A stretch of DNA of 63,258 nucleotides, filler included, from an uncultured Methanosarcinales archaeon (GTDB taxonomy: Archaea; Nanobdellota; Nanobdellia; Woesearchaeales; DATDXC01): assembly GCA_964510025.1 (NCBI GenBank). It is 6 parts of 6 records of this genome, joined end to end, with 100 filler letters (N's around TTAATTAATTAA, not from the genome) between each part and the next. Parts side by side here need not be neighbours in the genome. Positions count along the whole stretch, not along the records: positions 1 to 22,236 come from CAZDZV010000021.1; 5 more parts are not named here. One strand, 5' to 3'. The position numbers and the translations under genes are program-made. Below are positions 11,003 to 20,242 of this stretch, piece after piece; the stretch's first letter is position 1; every line of letters begins with the position of its first letter. The notes beneath the pieces were generated by a model. That model made no database searches. It was not told where the DNA came from and worked only from the letters and a program-made list of their open reading frames with translations.

Positions 11003-11650
11003 TTATAGTTTTTGGAGCACATGAAGCAAGTCGCTGAGTTTTTCAATTGTTTTTGTATTTACATGGATGCCGTTTCTATTGAGGAAAATGAAATTCCATC
11101 CAAGCGGAACAACACCATTCATGTCTGCCCTTACAGATGAAGCAACATGGGTTATATCTTCTTTCCTGCATCCGAGCCTCTTCAGGGCAAACTCAAATAT
11201 TTTTTTGTTGGGTTTATAAAAAAATCCAGCATCTTCTGATGTTATTATCTCATCAAAATCAAAAAATTCTAAGGTCTTCCTAATAATATCATTGTCTATA
11301 TTGGAAATTACTGCCAGCGTGTAGCATGTTTTTAATTTTTTTAGCACATCCACCGTTCCTGGAAAAGGCCTTGCTGATGCATAATAATCCAGAAATCGCC
11401 CAAACCTATCGCTGCTGAATTTGTCCCCAAGAACAACCTGCAGGCTTTCCTTGGCGGAATATTTGAAGGAAACTCTCCTGGAATTTATATTTTCAAAATT
11501 TTTCTTGTTCCACTCCTCATATAATCTCCTAGCCTTTGTCCTGTCGATTTCCCTGAAAATTCTCTGCAAGGCAGATTCTATGTCTACCAATGTGCCGTAA
11601 AGGTCAAATGTTATATATCTGGTCATTTGAGGGATAAAAACATCAGGCAT
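11003..11650 (-). CDS. HAD-superfamily hydrolase (haloacid dehalogenase type II-like)
   Basis: FDLYGTLVD motif I, ISN motif II, YKP motif III, HVASS..AD; overlaps the radical SAM stop codon. Confidence 0.88.
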   Translation of the reverse strand: MPDVFIPQMTRYITFDLYGTLVDIESALQRIFREIDRTKARRLYEEWNKKNFENINSRRVSFKYSAKESLQVVLGDKFSSDRFGRFLDYYASARPFPGTVDVLKKLKTCYTLAVISNIDNDIIRKTLEFFDFDEIITSEDAGFFYKPNKKIFEFALKRLGCRKEDITHVASSVRADMNGVVPLGWNFIFLNRNGIHVNTKTIEKLSDLLHVLQKL

Positions 11651-13031
11651 TAAATAGTTTGTGCCTTGCAGTGGAATTGAGCTGGTTCCAGCCAGGCATC
11701 CTCGGATCTATGCCCATATATGGGGAGCCGAAAGTGCTCTTCAAAGGTGTGAGCGAAAGCAGTCTGAACATGTATTCAACCCCTGTGTCGAAGCCAGTCC
11801 TGCATTTGTATTGGAACCACAGCCTTTGGAGTTGCTCACCATCTGTCACCAGGGGCAGCTCTTGACCTGTCCTTGCAAGATGCTCCTGCTTTATATCCTC
11901 ATAGGCCCTGCTTCCAGGCAGAGGTATAAGCATAGACACAGATAGCTCTTCACATCCGTTTGCAGCAACCACCCTTGCCGCTATCTGGTAGGTCTTTTCA
12001 AGGCTGTCTTCACTCTCACCTGGCAGCCCCACTATGAAGCTCGGAAGAAGCCTGATGCCATACTCTTTTGCTGTGGCAGCTACGCTCAATGTCCTGCTGT
12101 TACGGTTGCCTTTGGTGATGTCCCTGGCGATCCCGTCATCACCGGTCTCGATGCCTACAAGGATCTGGTATACGTTTATCTTGGCAAGATTGCTTAGCAT
12201 TTCTTCTGTCAGTTCTGAGACCCTTGCATAGACATACCAGTATGGCCTTATTCCTTCCGGTCTCTTCTCGGTCATCTCTCTTATCCACTGCCTGTCTGAG
12301 GTGAAGCTGTCAGAAACATCCCATATGAAATCAGCATCGTAATCTCTTACCAGTGCAGAAACCTCAGCCCATACATCTTCAGGCTTCCGGGTCTGCAGCT
12401 CTCCATAGAGCCTGCCGCAAAAATAGCATCCGCCCGTCTTTGCCCTCCATCTGCACCCTTTGTTTGAATAGACATTTGTCATCCTCCTGAAAGGCCTTCC
12501 GGGCATGTATGTTTCTATGAACACAGAGGAATTTTGCATATATCTTTCCTGGTCATAGAGGCTCCTGTCCACAGCAGGAAGCTCATCGATAGGCACCCTT
12601 TGAAGCTTTCCTGGCTTCGTAGCAGAGGCTAAGCCTTCCACCGCATCAGGATCCTTGCCCTTGGTTAGCTTTAGTATCGGGATTTCCCCGTCGCCTACTG
12701 CCACGTAATCCACGTAAGGCAGCCTGATGAAGTCCTGCCATGCCTGGGAAGCATGCACCCCCCCTAATATCACTTTCTGGCCTCTGTCATGAAGTCTTTT
12801 CATAAGGCCGGCATCAACATTCAGGATATTTGGCTGTATGCCTATCATATCACCATCAAGCCGTGCTTCAAGGTCCTCAAAATCGCCGTCAATGACTTCG
12901 ATATCAGCCTCTGGATTATGCTGCCTGACAAATGTCGCTACAGCAGCTATCCCCAGCGGAAAGACCATCATGTCTCTGCCATTCTTCATCGCACGGCTTC
13001 CTAACTTTGTCTGCAGCAGCTGGATCTTCAT
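11643..13031 (-). CDS. cobalamin-binding radical SAM enzyme (class B methyltransferase-like)
   Basis: PLGIA...ILGGVHAS...VAVGDGE B12-binding domain; cluster motif GCRWRAKTGGCYFC; VGIETGD, FIVGLPGES, PLPGS; start taken at MKIQ (13031). Confidence 0.9.
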   Translation of the reverse strand: MKIQLLQTKLGSRAMKNGRDMMVFPLGIAAVATFVRQHNPEADIEVIDGDFEDLEARLDGDMIGIQPNILNVDAGLMKRLHDRGQKVILGGVHASQAWQDFIRLPYVDYVAVGDGEIPILKLTKGKDPDAVEGLASATKPGKLQRVPIDELPAVDRSLYDQERYMQNSSVFIETYMPGRPFRRMTNVYSNKGCRWRAKTGGCYFCGRLYGELQTRKPEDVWAEVSALVRDYDADFIWDVSDSFTSDRQWIREMTEKRPEGIRPYWYVYARVSELTEEMLSNLAKINVYQILVGIETGDDGIARDITKGNRNSRTLSVAATAKEYGIRLLPSFIVGLPGESEDSLEKTYQIAARVVAANGCEELSVSMLIPLPGSRAYEDIKQEHLARTGQELPLVTDGEQLQRLWFQYKCRTGFDTGVEYMFRLLSLTPLKSTFGSPYMGIDPRMPGWNQLNSTARHKLFNA

Positions 13032-13130
13032 CCTGAAAAGGTCCTGGAAAACGGTTTTAAACTGTTGCCTTAAAAAAATCGGAATAATTTCGAGAATATT
13101 TGGCAGGAAGAGGCTTCGATGCATCATGAC

Positions 13131-14075
13131 TTATTTCATCAGGGCGCTCACCAGCATGTCAATCGCCTGATCCTGCGTTAGCCCTCTTGCCATAAGCGCT
13201 TCCAGCTGCTTGCTGTTTAGGCTGCCGATAGCTGCCTCATGGGTCACTCTTGCATCCTTGTGTCTTACATCCACAATGGGTGTTGCCCTTGCTGAAGCCT
13301 GCCCCAATAATGTTTCAATGCAGTCAACGTGGCCTAGACATCCTGATTCAAACGCCGTTATGACGCTTGTCACATCCGAAGCTGATATGTCGCTGCCTAC
13401 TATCCTTGTACTGACAGTGCCTTTCGACCCATTCCCTCTCAAAATAACCTTTTCATCTATGTGGATATCATCATCCCCTGAAGCTCTCACTTTTGCAAGC
13501 AGGCTAACAGTGCTGCCAGATCCGACGTCCACACCATAGTCTATCCTAATTCTGCCGGCTCTGCCCTGAGTAAGATAAAAATTTCCATCATACTGGCTTG
13601 TTTCTCCCAAACAGACATCAAGCCTAGGATTGACCTCAATCCCTCCGTCTGTTCCATGATAATGCGCTTCTGTATACTTGAATCCGGAGTGATCTCCGAT
13701 GCGTATGTTTCCTTTCATATTGTGTACTATCTTCCTTGCGTTGGGAAATACGCAATACGCCATAAACTCAACAGCTGAACAGTCTTCTATAACTCCGTTG
13801 ATAGCTATATCCTGCCTTCCGCTTTCAGGGACTATGCCGAAGCAAATGTACACAGGTACATCTATCCTAACTCCTGATTTAAGCCTGAATCCTAGATCTA
13901 CCCCATATTGATTCTCGGTGCATTCTATATCCAATCCAGCTAATGCTTCAGACCTATAGACTTCATTTCCATGGACCATAAGATACGCATGGTCTCTTCC
14001 CTCAAATGATTCAGGCATGCCTCCCGCCTGTCTCAGACCATCCATGAGATGATTCTGGTAAGTCCTTGCAGTCAT
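13131..14075 (-). CDS. sufB: SufB/SufD-family Fe-S scaffold (SmsB-type)
   Basis: PVYICFG, CVFPNA, EAHYHG, GHVDCIE, ARVTHEAAIG...LMARGL. Confidence 0.93.
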   Translation of the reverse strand: MTARTYQNHLMDGLRQAGGMPESFEGRDHAYLMVHGNEVYRSEALAGLDIECTENQYGVDLGFRLKSGVRIDVPVYICFGIVPESGRQDIAINGVIEDCSAVEFMAYCVFPNARKIVHNMKGNIRIGDHSGFKYTEAHYHGTDGGIEVNPRLDVCLGETSQYDGNFYLTQGRAGRIRIDYGVDVGSGSTVSLLAKVRASGDDDIHIDEKVILRGNGSKGTVSTRIVGSDISASDVTSVITAFESGCLGHVDCIETLLGQASARATPIVDVRHKDARVTHEAAIGSLNSKQLEALMARGLTQDQAIDMLVSALMK

Positions 14076-14797
14076 GATTGATCACCTATCCGGGGACAGG
14101 CTGTGCATCTCTCACCGAAATATCGAATTACTTCCTCAGGTGGCCCTATCCTTTCAAGATATCCTCTGCAGAGTATAGCTGCCCGGTCTGATATTTCTGC
14201 CAATTCCTGTTCATGGGTGATTAGTATGACAGTAGCATCTTTTTTTCGATCCTTGATTGCATCTTTTATCTGTCGGAATCCATGGATATCTATGCCGCTA
14301 TCCGGCTCATCAAGTATCATAAGGTCTGGCCTGGATGCAAAAACACAGGCCAGCTCTAGTCTTTTTCTTTCTCCCCCGCTGAGCGAATCATCCATATACC
14401 TTTTAAGATAGGCTTCAGAAAGTCCGCAGATATCTAGATATCTGATATAGTGCTCATCTTCCTTTTCGCCAAGTGCCAGGCCAAGATAATCCCTGACCGA
14501 GATACCCTCAAACCTTACCATCTCCTGGAAAGACAGAGCTATCCCGCGTCTTGCCCGTTCAGTTAATCCTGTTCCGGTTATGTCTTCCCCTTTGTAGACT
14601 ATCTTCCCAGAAGCAACATTGTAACCGCTGAGACCCATAACTGTCGCCGCTAAAGATGTCTTTCCTGACCCATTTGTCCCTAAGACGGCAAATATCTCAT
14701 TGCTATAGACTTTTAAGCTTATATCATGGAGAATTTTTGTGTCCCTGTTCCCTACACAAAGTCCGTCAATGCTTAACAATGCATTCATTTTATCCAT
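14072..14797 (-). CDS. sufC: SufC-like ABC ATPase (SmsC-type)
   Basis: GTNGSGKTS Walker A, LSGGERKR, ILDEPDSGID, C-terminal CTAC. Confidence 0.92.
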   Translation of the reverse strand: MDKMNALLSIDGLCVGNRDTKILHDISLKVYSNEIFAVLGTNGSGKTSLAATVMGLSGYNVASGKIVYKGEDITGTGLTERARRGIALSFQEMVRFEGISVRDYLGLALGEKEDEHYIRYLDICGLSEAYLKRYMDDSLSGGERKRLELACVFASRPDLMILDEPDSGIDIHGFRQIKDAIKDRKKDATVILITHEQELAEISDRAAILCRGYLERIGPPEEVIRYFGERCTACPRIGDQS

Positions 14798-15938
14798 GCT
14801 CTTTCAGCAAATCCCTAAAGGTGCAGAGCACTTTCTCAAGATCTTCCCTGGGGATACCATATGTGGATACTTTCATAGACTTGGTCAACCCGTGCTTTAC
14901 ACCTGTGATCCCATCCTGTTTCAGAGCTTCATATAGGAAGGCCCTTTTTTTGGGATGAGTCTGTGATATCTCATAGAAAGCGTCAGTCTCAAACATCATC
15001 AGGTCATGGTTGTGGGGCTTGTCACCTAGCTGTAGGAAGCCCATTGCTTCCATCTGCTCCGAAAACCATCTCGCTTTCTGAACCTCCTCTTCCCATTTTG
15101 CGACTCTCTCAACAACATACGGGAAGGAAGCCATCAGGGTTAGCAGAGGGACGCCCCGGACTGTGCAGCCAAGGCACCCGACTTCCTTTTTGCTATATCT
15201 TTCGGACTTATGCATGGTTCTTTCGATATAGTCATCGCTTATGCCAAGAACCCCAATAGGTCCTGCAGAAGCCATGCTCTTATGGCCGCTTCCTATGATG
15301 AAGTCAGCCCCTAGATCATGCATTGAGACAGGCATCCTGCCTATAGCATAGGCGGCGTTGATCACGTAAGGTATTCTGAACTGGTGTGCTATCTGTCCCA
15401 GTCTTCCGGCATCAGGAAGGTTTCCATAATTCCCATCAGGATATGTAAGCAGCAAGAGTTTTGGATGATGCTGCTCTATATGCGGTACAAAGTCCTCAAC
15501 ATCGATTTGATTTTCAGGTCTTCCGTTGTTTTCAACCTCCACTATGTTAAGTCCTGCCCTTTCAGCAGCTAGTATAGTAGAATAATGTCTATTCCTGTCC
15601 ACCACTATTGTATCTCCTGGGCTGCAGATTGCATCCATCACCATGAATTTGGCTTCTCTTGCTCCATGGGTTAATCTTACATGATCGGCATCAATAAACA
15701 GCCCAAGGTCTTCCTGCACAAATCTTTGTATGGGTGGGTTCTGGATCTGATGCAGGTCACCTTTGCAATAGTCGCAAACTGAGTACCCATCCCCATATTC
15801 CTCCAGCACTCTCCGGGCCTCTGGCGTCAGCCTGGCTGCTGTCTGTAGGGGATTGAAGTTTATTGCATCTCTGTTTGCTCTTCTCAATCCAGTATATCTC
15901 TTTCTTAGCTCCTCTATTCTTGCTGAAAGATCTTTCAT
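14790..15938 (-). CDS. pscS: O-phospho-L-seryl-tRNA:Cys-tRNA synthase (SepCysS)
   Basis: NPLQTAA.LT.EA, GDGYSVCDYC.G.L, GAREAKF, YPDGNYGN, PLP lysine in GSGHKSMA, third Cys in LGCTVRG. Confidence 0.97.
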   Translation of the reverse strand: MKDLSARIEELRKRYTGLRRANRDAINFNPLQTAARLTPEARRVLEEYGDGYSVCDYCKGDLHQIQNPPIQRFVQEDLGLFIDADHVRLTHGAREAKFMVMDAICSPGDTIVVDRNRHYSTILAAERAGLNIVEVENNGRPENQIDVEDFVPHIEQHHPKLLLLTYPDGNYGNLPDAGRLGQIAHQFRIPYVINAAYAIGRMPVSMHDLGADFIIGSGHKSMASAGPIGVLGISDDYIERTMHKSERYSKKEVGCLGCTVRGVPLLTLMASFPYVVERVAKWEEEVQKARWFSEQMEAMGFLQLGDKPHNHDLMMFETDAFYEISQTHPKKRAFLYEALKQDGITGVKHGLTKSMKVSTYGIPREDLEKVLCTFRDLLKEHG

Positions 15939-17458
15939 TTTTTCTCATAGCTCACTGTAAGAAATACAGGTCCGCCCACCCTGATCCTTTTATGTTGCCC
16001 TGTTATATAATTAAGTATGTCTGATGGAAGCTCCAGATTTATATCGGGCAGGGATCTGGCCATCTTTACCCTGTATATGCCGCTCGGCTTGCCTCTATCA
16101 ACATCTCTTTCGATATCAGCAGCTATCCCTGCTGCTATGGAATCGACATAAGCAAAGCTTCTTTTGTGCTGCAAATGTTCTTGAGGGCAGCTGTCGATAT
16201 TACCATCCTGCACATAAGCATGATTGTGCGCGGCAGGCCCCACAAGTCGCTTACCTTCCTCATTTTCCTCGACCACCACCTTTAGTTCGCTATCTTCATA
16301 GGCTAAGAATCTACAGGGGGCTTCAGCTCTGCCATGCTTTAAAACCGCCTCCCTTATCCCCTCGCTTATTGCCGCTCCCCGCTCTGTATTTGGTTTTCTT
16401 GCATAATGCAAAGAATCCTCTATGGTTGTGTCATCGAAACTTCTGCTGTAGAACTGGGGGAAAACCAGCTGTCTTATATCATCATACCCCCCCATGATCA
16501 TCGCTAGCCTCTCAACCCCGAAACCAGCGTTGAAAACAGGATATCTTATTCTGAAATTCGCCAAGCTTATTGGGGAATACATCCCTATATCGCCTATCTC
16601 CAGCCACTCATCGCCCAATCTGGCAAAGACTTCTTGTTCATGACCAGGGGCATAGTATTTGGAAGTGGCTTTTTTTGTTTCAAATCTTGCATCTGAAAAG
16701 CCGAATCTAAGCAAAAAATCTAAGGTAATCCTTTTACCTGCTGCAAGGGACATATCAGGATCCATCACTACCATGCTGGTTGAATTATGCACCCTGAGGT
16801 GACCTTTGTCTTCCCTTTGCTCATTCCTGTATCTTGCTCCGACGGAGAACAGCGCAACCGGAAAATGCCACCTGTCCTGTACTGCAGCCAATGTATGGTA
16901 CCATGTAGCTGTCATATGGCTTCTGAGTGTGAGATCACTAGCTGCCGGTTCAAGCCTGGTTAGCTCAGGAAAAACCATGCGTAGCATAAGAGTAGCCTGC
17001 TGCTCCTCGATTCCCAGGTCAGTGGCAAGGACTTCCACAAAATCATCAGATTCTATGGCGCCAGACTTATACCCCCTCAATATTTCTTGTAGCTTTGCTA
17101 TATCAAATTGTCCGATTATCTCCTCGATTTTGCCTATCTTGTCTCTTCCTAAGCCAAGTTCAGGCCTGGGCAAGGTAGCCAGATAAAAGCATCTGTCCAG
17201 TATCACAGGGGCTTCTGGGCCGTACTGTTTATATACATCTGCTTCCGATACAAAGGTCCTGTTTTCTGTCTCTTTGAATCCCATGTCTATGAGTATCTCT
17301 CTGCTCCTTTGCACACTATTCCTGAAGGGGTGGGAGGTGCCTGTCTGAGGAAGCTCTAAAGTCGTGTCTTCCGGAAGAAGTTCTGCAGAATCCAGCCAAG
17401 CCTTCTCAAAATCTCTTCTGCTGGATCTAAGTAGCTGTTTTGTGTTAAATTGGGCCAT
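15935..17458 (-). CDS. sepS: O-phosphoseryl-tRNA(Cys) synthetase (SepRS)
   Basis: VYKQYGPEAPVILDRCFYLA.LPRP, TLRSHMT, EQRED..HL, SKYY, GMYSP..LA, GVERLAMI, C-terminal GPVFL. Confidence 0.97.
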   Translation of the reverse strand: MAQFNTKQLLRSSRRDFEKAWLDSAELLPEDTTLELPQTGTSHPFRNSVQRSREILIDMGFKETENRTFVSEADVYKQYGPEAPVILDRCFYLATLPRPELGLGRDKIGKIEEIIGQFDIAKLQEILRGYKSGAIESDDFVEVLATDLGIEEQQATLMLRMVFPELTRLEPAASDLTLRSHMTATWYHTLAAVQDRWHFPVALFSVGARYRNEQREDKGHLRVHNSTSMVVMDPDMSLAAGKRITLDFLLRFGFSDARFETKKATSKYYAPGHEQEVFARLGDEWLEIGDIGMYSPISLANFRIRYPVFNAGFGVERLAMIMGGYDDIRQLVFPQFYSRSFDDTTIEDSLHYARKPNTERGAAISEGIREAVLKHGRAEAPCRFLAYEDSELKVVVEENEEGKRLVGPAAHNHAYVQDGNIDSCPQEHLQHKRSFAYVDSIAAGIAADIERDVDRGKPSGIYRVKMARSLPDINLELPSDILNYITGQHKRIRVGGPVFLTVSYEKK

Positions 17459-18281
17459 CCTTGTTCCCCAGGAAGAGACCCGTAAAATAATTTGTCACAA
17501 GGCTTGCTAGCCTATGCCTATGGTTGCTGTAGCGGTGATCGGCGTCACCTATCAGATAGAATTCTTTTTCACAGTCAGCGGCCTCAAAAAGCATTCTGCC
17601 ATGATCCGGATCAACTTCCTTGTCAGCAGTCCCATGAACCACCAGGAGGCTGTCCAGCTCTAGCTGCTCAACCATGGGCCTTGTTATAAGATTGCCATCC
17701 TTCACCTCAGGCCTGTTCGCGTATGCTACTTTCCGTGCAGGATCATGCAGCTCCAGTAAATGATATTGCTGCAGTTGCCATTCCTGGGGATCTCCCTCCA
17801 CTTTTGCAGAGCCATACTCTAGCAGTGCAGCCATGTCGATATCAGTGTGGAATCTGGCTAGGTCGATAACAGGTGAGACGCAGGCTAACCTTCTGATCCC
17901 ATAGTTCTTTGCAATATTTACGGCAAAGAGCCCTCCGAATGAGTATCCGAGCAGTGCAAGCCGGTCGGTATCAGGCTCAAACCGATCATGAATATCCTCA
18001 AGCACCTGCCTGATGTCGTACATGGCGCCAGTAAAAGAAAAGCTGCCTGTGCTCCCGCCAACACCCCTATAGTGGATAAGGGCAGTAGACATGCCTCCAG
18101 CCGAAAGTCCTATGGCTATATCGCTGTTTTTTTCATCTCCAGGAAACCCATGGCATAATACTATCCACGGGGCGTCTTTTCCCCTATACCTGATCTCAGT
18201 CCTGACAGTCTCATGATTTACATCAGTTTCCAGTGTCCCGACTGACATAGCACGCTCGCCAAAAGGATTTTCTGATAGCAT
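17445..18281 (-). CDS. alpha/beta-fold hydrolase
   Basis: CHGFPG, nucleophile elbow GYSFGG, VHGTAD, ADH triad His. Confidence 0.9.
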   Translation of the reverse strand: MLSENPFGERAMSVGTLETDVNHETVRTEIRYRGKDAPWIVLCHGFPGDEKNSDIAIGLSAGGMSTALIHYRGVGGSTGSFSFTGAMYDIRQVLEDIHDRFEPDTDRLALLGYSFGGLFAVNIAKNYGIRRLACVSPVIDLARFHTDIDMAALLEYGSAKVEGDPQEWQLQQYHLLELHDPARKVAYANRPEVKDGNLITRPMVEQLELDSLLVVHGTADKEVDPDHGRMLFEAADCEKEFYLIGDADHRYSNHRHRLASLVTNYFTGLFLGNKDGPI

Positions 18282-18282
18282 T

Positions 18283-19620
18283 CTATTTTTCCTGCATAAT
18301 TTGGACTATGGTCTGGTCCGTCGCTACCATAGCATGAGATATCCTTCCAACACCCCTGATGGTCTCTTCAGCATCGGCATATACTATTCCATTATCTTCA
18401 GGGACGGTAATGCCGGCCAAGGCCATAAATGCGCTCTCAGCCGCCGTCCCCGCAGCTGTGGATAGCTTCAGTGAACAGCTTTCCTTTGCCCCGTCGCATA
18501 TCATGCCTGTTAGGTTGGATGCCATTATGTTTATCGCATTATTTATCTCTTCGAGACCGCCGCCCATTAGATATGCTACACCGGCAGAAGCTCCCATGCC
18601 TGCCTTTATAGCGCATCCGCAGATAGCCGAAAGGTGTCCTGAATAATCTTTGATATACTTAGTTACGAGATGGGATAGAAGAGCAGCTTCTGCTGTCTTT
18701 TCTCTGTCTATACCATATCTTCTGCCGACTATAGCTATCGGTATCAGAGCAGTTATTCCCTGGTTGCCTGATCCTGCTGTGCTCATTACAGGCATATTGG
18801 CTCCGCCCATCCTTGCATCACCGGCAGCAGCAGCCATGATCCTTATTTCAGACACTATGCCATCTCCCAAGATTCCCTCATCCATCATCTGCTGCAGATT
18901 TTTAGCATGACCAATGCCATACTCGCCTCTTAATCCTTCTTCTGCTATCCTGAGATTCATCTCTATGCCTTTGTAGACTTCCTGCCTTTCCTGGCACGAC
19001 ATATTCTTTGCTATGTCTATCAGTTCAGCCAATGTGCCAGGAAAATCACTTTTTTCCCCATCCCTGAGACTAGCATCCCCTTCATATGCTGTATGGCCGT
19101 CAAGTTCTATACTTGTTATATTGTCATGATAATGCTGCAGCCTGACAACGGCTTGTCTAGTTGCCGAGTCATACCGGTAGCTCAGCCTCACACTGATGTC
19201 AAGGTCAGCTACCGCACCTTCATCCGTGACATCCTCTATTCGGATCTTGCCAGCGCTGATAAGCTGATGCGCGTTAGCTGCCTCATGGCCCCTTAAGCCT
19301 GCAAAAAGATTGAGGCCGTCTCTGGGATCGCAATACAGCCCCATTCCAGAAGCTATAGCCATCCCTCTCTGTCCGCCTGTACCAGGTATGGATATAGCAA
19401 GAGAATTTTTATAGACATCCCTATCTGTTTTTATGGATATTCCCTCCACCCTGTGGATTTCAGGAGGGACCGCTCTGCCCCGAAAGACTGGAGCATTTCC
19501 TGAGCCAATCAACCCGCCCAAAGCATGATAAGCAACTGAGGTTGCGTAAGCAACAGCTATCGGTTCAGTGCAGCCAGTAGCTGGTTTGACATTAGCTGCT
19601 AAAAAATCCATTACGTTCAT
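18283..19620 (-). CDS. L-cysteine desulfidase (CyuA/YhaM family, serine dehydratase alpha-like, Fe-S)
   Basis: PATGCTEPIAVA, DARMGG...MSTAGSGNQG, LSAICGC, GMICDGAKESC. Confidence 0.88.
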   Translation of the reverse strand: MNVMDFLAANVKPATGCTEPIAVAYATSVAYHALGGLIGSGNAPVFRGRAVPPEIHRVEGISIKTDRDVYKNSLAISIPGTGGQRGMAIASGMGLYCDPRDGLNLFAGLRGHEAANAHQLISAGKIRIEDVTDEGAVADLDISVRLSYRYDSATRQAVVRLQHYHDNITSIELDGHTAYEGDASLRDGEKSDFPGTLAELIDIAKNMSCQERQEVYKGIEMNLRIAEEGLRGEYGIGHAKNLQQMMDEGILGDGIVSEIRIMAAAAGDARMGGANMPVMSTAGSGNQGITALIPIAIVGRRYGIDREKTAEAALLSHLVTKYIKDYSGHLSAICGCAIKAGMGASAGVAYLMGGGLEEINNAINIMASNLTGMICDGAKESCSLKLSTAAGTAAESAFMALAGITVPEDNGIVYADAEETIRGVGRISHAMVATDQTIVQIMQEK

Positions 19621-19730
19621 GGTAGAAAATTACATTACTATGCTTTAATATCTCTTGCCTGAAAAAATCCGATGTATTTCCGCAGCTTATCGGAAATTGT
19701 CCAGCTATCCTGTATAAGCGCGGATAATTT

Positions 19731-20165
19731 TCAAGATTCAGGCAAAAACTCCTCATACTTTATCTCTTCTAGCGTATGGAATATTTGCATCTCTTTAACA
19801 CCAATCGACCTCACCTCTTCCTTAAATAGTTCTAGTTCCGCTATATTCCTAAAAATGCCCTCTGCAATGAAGTCAGATCCTCCTGCTACCCGATATAATG
19901 AATTCACGTTATTGTGATCGCATAAGTATTCCCTCATTTGCTTCTTGCTGTCGGTGCTGATCACAACATTGACCCTCAGCCCATATCCCATCTTGGAGAA
20001 ATCCATTATCGTCACATGCCTTCTGATCAAACCGTTCCTCAGCCTTTCGATATTGTCAAAAACAGTGGACTTTGGTATACCTGTAGTACTGGCTATGGCC
20101 GTTACGGGCTTCCTGGAGTTTTCTCTTAGGTGCTTAAGTATCTTAAGTTCATTTGATGAAAGCAT
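19731..20165 (-). CDS. Lrp/AsnC family regulator
   Basis: ILKHLRENSR...STVFD HTH; DFSKMGY; RAM domain. Confidence 0.92.
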   Translation of the reverse strand: MLSSNELKILKHLRENSRKPVTAIASTTGIPKSTVFDNIERLRNGLIRRHVTIMDFSKMGYGLRVNVVISTDSKKQMREYLCDHNNVNSLYRVAGGSDFIAEGIFRNIAELELFKEEVRSIGVKEMQIFHTLEEIKYEEFLPES

Positions 20166-20242
20166 TGAAACATCTATTGTTTTTTTGTTTATATCTCTTT
20201 ATCAAGAAATATTGTGAAATATCTGAATTACCCGAAAAATGT

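Noticed and set aside
14790..17458. Possible stop-codon reassignment or selenocysteine system suggested by SepRS/SepCysS
   Set aside because: Genes end normally at TAA, TAG and TGA; the PLP enzyme has SepCysS rather than SepSecS motifs; no tRNA-Sec or suppressor tRNA seen
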